64,000 nt of DNA. It comes from Antedon mediterranea. Lineage: Eukaryota; Animalia; Echinodermata. Made by a program: the position numbers and the translations under genes. The notes beneath the pieces are model-generated. The model did no database searches and had not been told where the DNA came from. It saw only the letters and a program-made list of their open reading frames with translations. The first letter of the stretch is position 1. Each line of letters begins with the position of its first letter. Shown here piece after piece: positions 1 to 10,613 of the stretch. The DNA is taken from positions 23,759,237 through 23,823,236 of the forward strand of contig NC_092672.1 in assembly GCF_964355755.1 (NCBI RefSeq), given 5' to 3'.

Positions 1-335
1 AAAAGTGGGTAAAGAGGGACGCTACTGACTACAGCCTGACAGACTTAGCATATTCAACCAAAAACCAACAACTAGTTACTATGGGTTCCGTGATTGAACT
101 TACTATGGACTGTGTGGGGAAGCTACTTAATGAAACAAAAGATACACGGCGCTTCGACCCAATGTTCCGACAGGAAATACAACAATGACAATTGGCTGAA
201 ACAAATTCAGTAAATGCCAAATTTAATCCTTTGAATGTATATAACTCTCAAATATTTTGTCATCTTTACCTCATTCTACAACGCTACAGCCTGACAGACT
301 TAGCATATTCAACCAAAAACCAACAACTAGTTACT

Positions 336-1064
336 ATGGGTTCCGTGATTGAAATAATTGATCTTACTATGGACTCTGATGTCGAAGAAGATGTTATATA
401 TATAAGCAGTGATTCAGAATTTGAAGACGAAGACATACTAGCTATGACTGGTGCCTATTTTACAGCAAAGGAGGAGGAAGAGATGAGGGAAGAGATGGGG
501 GATATGACGTGTTTAATGGCGATTCAACCCCCACCTCCAATGAACGTTGATTTCAATAATGTATCTAATACTGAAGAAGACGAACATTATAGATCGAGAA
601 TAATTTCTGAAGAGGAGAGGATTGTATACGACGACACGTCATCGGTAGTTGACTACCACCTATTTCTGGCAAGAAAAGCCGATGTAGAAGATGAGGTAGA
701 AGATGGGGTGTTTGCGGAAGAGTACCTGAACCCTGTGCTGGAGGCGGAGATTAAGAAAGAAACTACCGAACTTGAGTACAAAGAGATAATGAGAACAATT
801 GAGAAGGTTTTCATAGAAGAATTTATATTCATTCTGAAGGACATGGTTGAACGTTATAACTTTCACGGCTCAAGATATGAACAACTCCTAACATTTTTTC
901 GACCAATTCTGGCATTGAAACTTGTGGACAATAGCGCTACCCATTTTGAATGGGCGCTAAACTACTTTCATTTACGTTGTATAAATGTTGATGCGTTTGC
1001 TAAAGCCATAAAGTTGATTACAAATGATTCAGAACTTTTTAATAAGATTCTTTACCAATTGTAA
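336..1064 (+). CDS. Intronless 242-aa acidic accessory protein with N-terminal SIM-like motifs (VIEII, IIDLT, VIYIS+acidic) and a helical C-terminal domain; left-arm copy
   Basis: Open from ATG 336 to TAA 1064 (the ORF track extends to a non-ATG start at 192). IIDLT followed by acidic/Ser residues matches the canonical SUMO-interacting motif. No family recognised. Confidence 0.7.
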   Translation: MGSVIEIIDLTMDSDVEEDVIYISSDSEFEDEDILAMTGAYFTAKEEEEMREEMGDMTCLMAIQPPPPMNVDFNNVSNTEEDEHYRSRIISEEERIVYDDTSSVVDYHLFLARKADVEDEVEDGVFAEEYLNPVLEAEIKKETTELEYKEIMRTIEKVFIEEFIFILKDMVERYNFHGSRYEQLLTFFRPILALKLVDNSATHFEWALNYFHLRCINVDAFAKAIKLITNDSELFNKILYQL

Positions 1065-1318
1065 TTTGTACAAATTTAAAATAATATCTTAACACTTTTT
1101 TTAATTAATGTTACATATTTTTATATTTCTTATTTCTTTTCGGTAAATTTATTATTATTATGGTTGTAAATTATATTGAAATAGAATATGTGTTAAAATA
1201 AAGGTTGTGTTTTTTCTTTTAAAAGCAACAACAACGAAAATGAATTTGATCTTTGCGTGTTATTTAAGTATTTTATTTATTTTTTTAATTTTCATTTGGG
1301 TGAATGAGGGTAATGAGT

Positions 1319-1562
1319 ATGGATGAGTACTTAAGAAAAGTATATTATTACGATCCTAAGCATCCTGATAGTTTTGGTGGTGTGGACCGACTTTATCAAA
1401 ATGTAAAAATACGATTTAAATATTACCAAGAGACAAGTTCAAGACTGACTGAGCAAGCAAGATACATATACATTACACAAATCCATTCAACGTAAATTCA
1501 AACGAAACTGGGTACTTGTAAGTGTTATTGATGAACAATGGGGAATGGATTTGGAAAAATAA
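1319..1562 (+). pseudogene. Polinton retroviral-like integrase N-terminal fragment, copy A (frameshift + stop); mirrored at 12576-12819 (-)
   Basis: MDEYLRKVYYYDPKHPDSFGGVDRLY...ITKRQVQD*LSKQDTYTLHKSIQRKFKRNWVLVSVIDEQWGMDL matches the YYDP..P.SFGG / WL..QDTYTLHK / IDEQW..DL pattern of Maverick integrases. It breaks off after the first catalytic Asp. Confidence 0.88.
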
Positions 1563-1589
1563 CGTGTATAAAATTTGATTCAGACAAAC

Positions 1590-1730
1590 TGTTTGACTTT
1601 AAATTTCCAAAAATCAAAGGAAGTCAATTTTGAAATAGTTGGTAGCATGGTACAAGGAATCGGACTGGAAAAAATAACAACAACTAATCCTAACAAAATA
1701 ACCCGTAAACCAAAATCTCACTCTCTACCA
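1590..1730 (+). pseudogene. Protein-primed DNA polymerase B C-terminal fragment (also ~2288-2428 +, mirrored ~11710-11850 and ~12408-12548 -)
   Basis: LTLNFQKSKEVNFEIVGSMV...ITTTNPNKITRKPK resembles the TLN...INF..L..MV...NP.KI.R segment near the end of Polinton pPolB. Confidence 0.65.
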
Positions 1731-2020
1731 TTAAAAATGGGTAGCGCTATTGTCCACAAGTTAAAATTGAAGTAGAACCCTGTAACTTCTTTCAAATAAT
1801 CTCGAAGATCTTTCAGGACCGGTGGCCATGGCAAGGCTGGTACTATATTGCCTGAATATTATGTTAAACCCGTATCACCATAAGAAACCTGTCAAGTTGA
1901 AACATACTATTAAAAATATGATAAAAGCAACAACAACGAAAATGAATTTGATCTTTGCGTGTTATTTAAGTATTTTATTTATTTTTTTAATTTTCATTTG
2001 GGTGAATGAGGGTAATGAGT

Positions 2021-2260
2021 ATGGATGAGTACTTAAGAAAAGTATATTACGATCCTAAGCATCCTGATAGTTTTGGTGGTGTGGACCGACTTTATCAAAA
2101 GGTAAAATACGATTTAAATATTACCAAGAGACAAGTTCAAGACTGACTGAGCAAGCAAGATACATATACATTACACAAATCCATTCAACGTAAATTCAAA
2201 CGAAACTGGGTACTTGTAAGTGTTATTGATGAACAATGGGGAATGGATTTGGAAAAATAA
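2021..2260 (+). pseudogene. Polinton integrase N-terminal fragment, copy B (single frame, one TGA); mirrored at 11878-12117 (-)
   Basis: MDEYLRKVYYDPKHPDSFGGVDRLYQKVKYDLNITKRQVQD*LSKQDTYTLHKSIQRKFKRNWVLVSVIDEQWGMDLEK*. Confidence 0.88.
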
Positions 2261-3241
2261 TGTGTATAAAATTTGATTCAGACAAACTGTTTGACTTTAA
2301 ATTTCCAAAAATCAAAGGAAGTCAATTTTGAAATAGTTGGTAGCATGGTACAAGGAATCGGACTGGAAAAAATAACAACAACTAATCCTAACAAAATAAC
2401 CCGTAAACCAAAATCTCACTCTCTACCATTCAAAAACAACATTTTTGATGTAGCGATTTTTTCAAGCGGTATTGTCATGAACGTATTGAAAAGAAAATAG
2501 TTTTATTGTCAATGATTTGTCAAGTGTTTTATTTTAATTTCAATTACTGTTGTATTGTATTTAGTTTTACCCGTTTATGTTGGTATGATCAATATTTGCT
2601 CAAACTCCATTTTATCGTTATGTTTGTAGTATTTTAGAGATTCCCGATCATCGTAATAATGATATAACTAGAATTCGTAACCGTGTGTTAGATTCCACGC
2701 GTATTATATACATATTGTCTTACTTTAATTCCTTCTCTCGTTATTCACCCGATGTAGTTTGATCAAACAATTGTACCTGGGCCTGAAAGGTTAGTTGTTA
2801 TGGTACAAGGAATCGGCCCGGAAAATAATTTGTTTTCTTTTCTGTTAAATTATTATTATGTTTGTGAATTGTGTATTGCAATAGATTTGTTTAATGAAAT
2901 TAAATTAATTAGGCCTATGTTTTGACTTAATTTACTGTCAGTGTAAATTTGTAAAAGTAGTTTTCCTACTTTAATTCACGGTAAATTTATTTATCGACTT
3001 AATTTAATTTGTTTTCTTTTCTGTTGTTGTTAAATGTAATTGCAAACACACATAATAAATGATTGTGATTATAAATATTCTGTTTACTTCTTGTAATTTT
3101 AAACAGTACAATAGATCTGTAATGTAAAGCTATATTTTATATATAATAAGTAATATTACAAAAATAAACATACAAAATGTATAAAGCATAGATTAATTAA
3201 ATTTAAATACAATTTCTTTATTTCAAAATGAATTTCATTTT

Positions 3242-3688
3242 CTACGTGTTTTCAATTTTAAATCTTTTAAGAAAGACACAATACGTACTGCTAAAAAAAT
3301 AAAACGCACACAAAAGAAAACAAATTTGAGACGCACGATATGTAACGACGGTTTCAATAAAAAGGCATATTATAAATGTATTTTTACCAAATTTATAAAG
3401 TAAAGGGTTATTATTGAGAAATATATCACATTGTTTCGCAACACATGTACATACAACGAGTCCTGTCACAAATCTGCCGACATTTATTTTTTTATCGCTC
3501 ATCTATTGTTCTAATACATAATACAGCGCTTCCGAAGAAATATCTTTACACAATTCTAACACATTAAAATTGTTTTTCAACTCTTTACAAGCACGAATAG
3601 TACTCTGGAGGATGGGTGAATCCAAAACAATTAACCCCGTCAATTTATATTCAATGTATGCTAAAACTACTTCCTCTAAATCAACCAT
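3242..3688 (-). pseudogene. Bcl-2-like gene, left-arm copy interrupted by TAG at 3503-3505
   Basis: Same sequence as 9565-10011 except ATG>TAG after YYVLEQ, plus E>K and I>T substitutions. Confidence 0.8.
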
Positions 3689-4239
3689 AACGCTCGACAA
3701 AACAAATGATAATGGATGTAATTACCAAGAAAGTTACAACTTAAAACATTTATTTTTGTTTTTAAAAAGAAGTTGTAACATAGAAACTAATTTTGTCAGG
3801 AAATGTGTTTTTATAATTATTTACTTAATTGTACATACTTAAATAACCTTTATTTTCAAATCCTAAATATCCGGAAGAAAATGCCTTATGTCTTTGGATT
3901 ATGTCGCCAAAGATCAAGCAAGACATACTTATTATATCACTTCATTATAGTCTTCTTTTTATTTTTGTCTTTGTTATAAAATACCCCGTATTAATTATAT
4001 GTCGGAAGACACCTTTAACATATATTGTTATATACCCCGAAACACAATACCTATTGTTTCATACTTCCTAGTAATTTGTTTTTCAGTAATTTGTACATCT
4101 GACTAATACTTACAATTTTGCCTATATTTTGCCTGTAAACGCTATTTAACTATTCATTCTTATCTATTTTTATTTACCTGTCATTATGTTAAATAAAACA
4201 TATTCTAAATTAAATTTATATCATGTTAGATATATTTTC

Positions 4240-5012
4240 AAGAACATTTGTTACATAAAAATAAATTTGTAAAGAAATTTGTTACATAAGATAAATTTGT
4301 TAAGAAGTTTGTTTCATAAAAATATTTGTGTAGATAAATTTGTTACATGAAAATAAATTTTTTCAAAATATTTGTTACATAAAAATAAATTTGTAAAGAA
4401 ATTCGTTACATAAATTTATTTTTTACAAGAAGTTTGTAACAGAAAATTATTTTGCTAAGAATTAGTTGCATCAATTGATTTTATCAACCGTATGTAACAT
4501 AAAGAATTATTTTGTTGAAAAAAATATTTTGTCATTCAGTCCATTTGTTCAATAGGCCTAGTTCGTTTAAGTTTTTAAGAATTATTTGTGTAATATTCTT
4601 GTATATAAGAGAATTTATTTTTAACCTTTGTAATTATTTTGTAAATATCATTTATGCAATATTTTTGTGTGTAAATATTTGAATTTATTTATACTTTTTG
4701 TATGGAAATAATTATACTAATATTAAATATCATTATTTGTTTATAAATTTATTTGTGATTATAGATTTATTCTTTATAAGTATGTCGATTAATTTCAGAA
4801 TCAAAAACTTGTTACATAAGAAAAAAAAAAAATGGTCATGAAATTCGTTAAATAAAAAATAATTTATCAAGAATCTTTTTACATAAATTTTATTTTATCA
4901 TTAAATTTGTTACATAAAAATAATTTGTCAAGAATCTTTTTGCATAAAATTTATTTTGTCATTAAGTTTGTTACATAAAAAAAAAAAATTGTTTCATGAA
5001 TCTTGTTACATT
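4240..5012. repeat. AT-rich degenerate ~30-bp repeat array with core TTGTTACATAA; mirrored at ~5827-6600
   Basis: Repeated AAATTTGTTACATAAAAATAAATTTGT-like units in two clusters (~4240-4510 and ~4805-5012). Confidence 0.85.
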
Positions 5013-5069
5013 TTTTAAATTTTTGTTTTCAACTACTTATATGAAAATTCAAGTTAAGAACGCAGTATA

Positions 5070-5250
5070 ATGACAATGACTGGGCGTTTAGTAACACCTT
5101 TCACCGCGGTGATTAGCGGACAGACTTCCTCCGGTAACTCGGTATTTGTTAACAATCTTTTAGAAAATAATTACTTTAAAAAAATAAAACAAGTCGTTTG
5201 ATGATATGACAAAGTGTTATGGCGAATATCAAACTTAGTTTGAGAAGTAA
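5070..5250 (+). pseudogene. Polinton packaging ATPase N-terminal fragment with degenerate Walker A; mirrored at ~5589-5769 (-)
   Basis: MTMTGRLVTPFTAVISGQTSSGNSVFVNNLLEN...VV**Y and then CYGEYQ in a shifted frame. Compare the typical HPFT..I.GPTGSGKT.FV..LL...IVWCYGEWQ. The catalytic Lys reads Asn. Confidence 0.8.
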
Positions 5251-5267
5251 ATACTGTTTGTGTTTAC

Positions 5268-5447
5268 ATGCGTGTCATAGTAGAGTCCGCAGAGACCTAC
5301 AGATTTAAATTTAGAAATTCAAACAGAGTTAAAGATATGTCCATCAGGGAATGGCTGAATGAGCTCTCCCATTATTTAAAATGTTGGATGAAATGTGCTA
5401 ATGTAAAAGAAGATGATGCTGCAGGCATTTTATCAAGTTATAAATAA
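5268..5447 (+). CDS. 59-aa ORF of unknown function running from the left arm through the palindrome spacer
   Basis: MRVIVESAETYRFKFRNSNRVKDMSIREWLNELSHYLKCWMKCANVKEDDAAGILSSYK*; may be the 3' remnant of a longer gene. Confidence 0.35.
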   Translation: MRVIVESAETYRFKFRNSNRVKDMSIREWLNELSHYLKCWMKCANVKEDDAAGILSSYK

Positions 5448-6732
5448 TGAATTTTTATTTTAAATAATGGGAGAGCTCATTCAGCCATTCCCTGATGGAC
5501 ATATCTTTAACTCTGTTTGAATTTCTAAATTTAAATCTGTAGGTCTCTGCGGACTCTACTATGACACGCATGTAAACACAAACAGTATTTACTTCTCAAA
5601 CTAAGTTTGATATTCGCCATAACACTTTGTCATATCATCAAACGACTTGTTTTATTTTTTTAAAGTAATTATTTTCTAAAAGATTGTTAACAAATACCGA
5701 GTTACCGGAGGAAGTCTGTCCGCTAATCACCGCGGTGAAAGGTGTTACTAAACGCCCAGTCATTGTCATTATACTGCGTTCTTAACTTGAATTTTCATAT
5801 AAGTAGTTGAAAACAAAAATTTAAAAAATGTAACAAGATTCATGAAACAATTTTTTTTTTTTATGTATCAAACTTAATGACAAAATAAATTTTATGCAAA
5901 AAGATTCTTGACAAATTATTTTTATGTAACAAATTTAATGATAAAATAAAATTTATGTAAAAAGATTCTTGATAAATTATTTTTTATTTAACGAATTTCA
6001 TGACCATTTTTTTTTTTTCTTATGTAACAAGTTTTTGATTCTGAAATTAATCGACATACTTATAAAGAATAAATCTATAATCACAAATAAATTTATAAAC
6101 AAATAATGATATTTAATATTAGTATAATTATTTCCATACAAAAAGTATAAATAAATTCAAATATTTACACACAAAAATATTGCATAAATGATATTTACAA
6201 AATAATTACAAAGGTTAAAAATAAATTCTCTTATATACAAGAATATTACACAAATAATTCTTAAAAACTTAAACGAACTAGGCCTATTGAACAAATGGAC
6301 TGAATGACAAAATATTTTTTTCAACAAAATAATTCTTTATGTTACATACGGTTGATAAAATCAATTGATGCAACTAATTCTTAGCAAAATAATTTTCTGT
6401 TACAAACTTCTTGTAAAAAATAAATTTATGTAACGAATTTCTTTACAAATTTATTTTTATGTAACAAATATTTTGAAAAAATTTATTTTCATGTAACAAA
6501 TTTATCTACACAAATATTTTTATGAAACAAACTTCTTAACAAATTTATCTTATGTAACAAATTTCTTTACAAATTTATTTTTATGTAACAAATGTTCTTG
6601 AAAATATATCTAACATGATATAAATTTAATTTAGAATATGTTTTATTTAACATAATGACAGGTAAATAAAAATAGATAAGAATGAATAGTTAAATAGCGT
6701 TTACAGGCAAAATATAGGCAAAATTGTAAGTA

Positions 6733-9146
6733 CTAGATGGCACGCTCGCTTCGCTCGCGTACCATCTAGGGGTGCTCACAGATGGTTCTCGAATACAGTA
6801 GAATCCACGGACGGGGACTTTTTTGGGACACTAAACAAAAACGGAAGTGTCCCCCTAATTGGGGTATTCAGAAATAGAGACAACAAAACCAATACTGGAT
6901 TCCATAAAGGACAATTAATTTATGTGGATTAAAGAAATTAGGGAGAAATGGAAATGTATTTACGGGAATTGGGCGGCGGCACGTGGTGGTGGTGATGGAA
7001 CCGCAGTAATAAAGTTGATTGTATTTATATATTATAAGAACCAAACTAAATAAATAGACCTAGACATTCTGCGAAATGGAAATCGGAAATGCAAGCTCCT
7101 ATTCAGTGAAAAATTAAACTGTAGTCTACCTAAATATTTAGGGCAAATCATCGGTTGTGGTGTTGAAATTCCTGTAAACATTTGTGTGAACCAAACTGGG
7201 TCGAATTTCTGTCATGAGTACTGATTTGTTGGCCTGTGATTTATGACGCCTAAGGGATCTATCTAGACTTATTTTTTAGAATAATGTACGTACCTGTCAG
7301 ATACAATTGTCTTGTGTCGTATAATAAATAAGTACTGTAATAGTTACTGAAGTTACTATTACAATCTCGTCAATGAAAACACGAAAATGTATATGCGCTT
7401 ACTTATGAAAACGTATACAGTATTATACTCAGTTATTGAAACAGTAGGTTTAAAAAAGTTTCGTTTGTCTGTAAAATGATGTAATCAAGCTGTTTACATG
7501 AGTCTTAATTTATAAGCACATAAACTTACATAGAAAGTAGGGTATCATAAATTTGGCCTTAGCACTCGGGGGAGTGGCTAAGATGAAGTCCGTGGGACTA
7601 CTAAATATAAATTGTAATGAACCTCGAGGGACATAAATAGGAATATTTCATGTTTCATTATCAATGTATAATAAATGGAAACTGTTTACCGATTCAAATA
7701 ATAGAAATTGGTTTTTAACATTTTCCGAACCTATTGCAAGTTTATTCTCAAAGGGCCCATATATTTACCTACCGTATGTGTTAAACCAAGGGCTCATAAA
7801 TTTACCTACAGTACTTGTGTTAAACCAAACTCTGGCAGACTGAGAGATTGGGATGTTCCATTCATCGCAAATCAATACATTTGTATACGGTAATCGTATA
7901 TTAAATCTATCAAAATAGTATTTTTTAAAGAAAATCGGCCTGTCTTCAACATTATGATGGTGTACTCTAGCAATCTATCAAAATAGTATTTTTTAAAGAA
8001 AATCGGCCTGTCTTCAACCTTATGATGGTGTACTCTAGCTGTTCAACCGGTTTTCAGCTATTAAAAACAATTATCGTAGGAGGAGATAGGAAAATGCAAA
8101 GCCTCCTCGCTATGTAACATTAGGGTTGAGGGATGGGAAAGCGGATAGGTACAAAGAGGAACAATTTTTAAATATATTCTTTATCCACTGAGTAACGAAA
8201 TATTTTGTTCATGTTTTATAGGCCTATAAATAATATACCTCTAAATACAGTAGGCCTAAAACATTTGCGATTTAATACTTTGTTAAAACTGTCACTGTCA
8301 TAATCGATTGAAATATTAAAGTACATGTCACGATACACCACTACGACGTTTATATTTTTGGTAATTAAAAATTAATACAAACGTTGAGAAGGAACTGTCA
8401 GTATAAAGTTTATTTGTATATCTAACAGTAGAGCCTATCCACAGTCTCAGTAATAAAGTTTATTTGTATATATTTTTATATTACATCTAACAGTACGAAC
8501 ATTCACAGTAAGAAATGTTCGATTCAAATGAAAAATAGTTAATAGGTATTTACAGTATTGTCAAAGTATTGCAAGTTTATTCTCAAAGGGCCCATATATT
8601 TACCTACCGTATGTGTTAAACCAAGGGCTCATAAATTTACCTACAGTACTTTTGTTAAACCAAACTCTGGCAGACTGAGAGATTGGGATGTTCCATTCAT
8701 CGCAAATCAATACATTTGTATAATCGTATATTAAATCTATCAAAATAGTATTTTTTAAAGAAAATCGGCCTGTCTTCAACATTATGATGGTGTACTCTAG
8801 CTGTTCAACCGGTTTTCAGCTATTAAAAACAATTATCGTAGGAGGAGATAGAAAAATGCGAAGCCTCCTCGCATTTTTTTGGCGGGTATTTTTCAAGATG
8901 GACATCCATTAGACGGTGTATACCACGATCGGAAAACACCCCTATTTGGGGCAAATCGTTGAACCTAAATTCGTTTTAATCGTCAATAACTAATTATCTA
9001 ACTCAATTTAATTAGTAAACAGGGTTACATCAGGCGGTTAAAATCAGTACCGAAAGTACGAACCAACTTTACATACCATCGAGTGAAAATTCTAGAAGTA
9101 AGGCGCGATTTACCGAATTTTGCCCTTACGTAAATTTATATATAGA
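6733..9146 (-). mobile_element. Non-autonomous Helitron, 2414 bp
   Basis: Minus strand starts TCTATATATA and ends CTAG. A GC-rich hairpin at 6733-6769 includes GCGAGCGAAGCGAGC. It is inserted between A and T with no TSD, and the empty site is visible in the left arm (CTGACTAA|TACTTAC, ~4106). Internal direct repeat ~7732-8110 vs ~8567-8871. Confidence 0.93.
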
Positions 9147-9564
9147 TTAGTCAGATGTACAAATTACTGAAAAACAAATTACTAGGAAGTATGAAACAAT
9201 AGGTATTGTGTTTCGGGGTATATAACAATATATGTTAAAGGTGTCTTCCGACATATAATTAATACGGGGTATTTTATAACAAAGACAAAAATAAAAAGAA
9301 GACTATAATGAAGTGATATAATAAGTATGTCTTGCTTGATCTTTGGCGACATAATCCAAAGACATAAGGCATTTTCTTCCGGATATTTAGGATTTGAAAA
9401 TAAAGGTTATTTAAGTATGTACAATTAAGTAAATAATTATAAAAACACATTTCCTGACAAAATTAGTTTCTATGTTACAACTTCTTTTTAAAAACAAAAA
9501 TAAATGTTTTAAGTTGTAACTTTCTTGGTAATTACATCCATTATCATTTGTTTTGTCGAGCGTT

Positions 9565-10011
9565 ATGGTTGATTTAGAGGAAGTAGTTTTAGCATACATT
9601 GAATATAAATTGACGGGGTTAATTGTTTTGGATTCACCCATCCTCCAGAGTACTATTCGTGCTTGTAAAGAGTTGGAAAACAATTTTAATGTGTTAGAAT
9701 TGTGTAAAGATATTTCTTCGGAAGCGCTGTATTATGTATTAGAACAAATGATGAGCGATAAAAAAATAAATGTCGGCAGATTTGTGATAGGACTCGTTGT
9801 ATGTACATGTGTTGCGAAACAATGTGATATATTTCTCAATAATAACCCTTTACTTTATAAATTTGGTAAAAATACATTTATAATATGCCTTTTTATTGAA
9901 ACCGTCGTTACATATCGTGCGTCTCAAATTTGTTTTCTTTTGTGTGCGTTTTATTTTTTTAGCAGTACGTATTGTGTCTTTCTTAAAAGATTTAAAATTG
10001 AAAACACGTAG
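9565..10011 (+). CDS. Intronless viral-type Bcl-2 family protein, 148 aa (open right-arm copy)
   Basis: BH4-like LEEVVLAYIEYKL (cf. Bcl-2 NREIVMKYIHYKL), BH3-like IRACKELE, BH1-like VLEQMMSDKKINVGRFV (cf. ELFRDGVNWGRIV), and a hydrophobic C-terminal stretch followed by KRFK. No clear BH2. Confidence 0.75.
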   Translation: MVDLEEVVLAYIEYKLTGLIVLDSPILQSTIRACKELENNFNVLELCKDISSEALYYVLEQMMSDKKINVGRFVIGLVVCTCVAKQCDIFLNNNPLLYKFGKNTFIICLFIETVVTYRASQICFLLCAFYFFSSTYCVFLKRFKIENT

Positions 10012-10613
10012 AAAATGAAATTCATTTTGAAATAAAGAAATTGTATTCAAATTTAATTAATCTATGCTTTATACATTTTGTATGTTTATTTTTGTAATAT
10101 TACTTATTATATATAAAATATAGCTTTACATTACAGATCTATTGTACTGTTTAAAATTAAAAGAAGTAAACAGAATATTTATAATCACAATCATTTATTA
10201 TGTGTGTTTGCAATTACATTTAACAACAACAGAAAAGAAAACAAATTAAATTAAGTCGATAAATAAATTTACCGTGAATTAAAGTAGGAAAACTACTTTT
10301 ACAAATTTACACTGACAGTAAATTAAGTCAAAACATAGGCCTAATTAATTTAATTTCATTAAACAAATCTATTGCAATACACAATTCACAAACATAATAA
10401 TAATTTAACAGAAAAGAAAACAAATTATTTTCCGGGCCGATTCCTTGTACCATAACAACTAACCTTTCAGGCCCAGGTACAATTGTTTGATCAAACTACA
10501 TCGGGTGAATAACGAGAGAAGGAATTAAAGTAAGACAATATGTATATAATACGCGTGGAATCTAACACACGGTTACGAATTCTAGTTATATCATTATTAC
10601 GATGATCGGGAAT

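Larger units (their letters stand above)
1220..2430 (+). repeat. Direct duplication of a ~510-bp integrase+pPolB cassette (1220-1732 and 1922-2430); mirrored in the right arm
   Basis: Near-identical sequence starting AAAAGCAACAACAACG and ending CTCTCTACCATT. Copy-specific differences are reproduced in both arms. Confidence 0.95.

Noticed and set aside
192-335. N-terminal extension of the 290-aa ORF-track protein
   Set aside because: It starts at TTG and runs through a duplicated leader; ATG 336 is the credible start.
780-1064. Possible death-effector-domain similarity of the SIM protein C-terminus (EFIFILKD)
   Set aside because: Only a few residues resemble the DED consensus; not supportable without a profile search.
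2021-5204. TGA at expected Trp positions in integrase and ATPase fragments, suggesting an alternative genetic code
   Set aside because: TGG is used for Trp in the same fragments, which are also truncated, frameshifted and Walker-A mutated; simple decay explains it.
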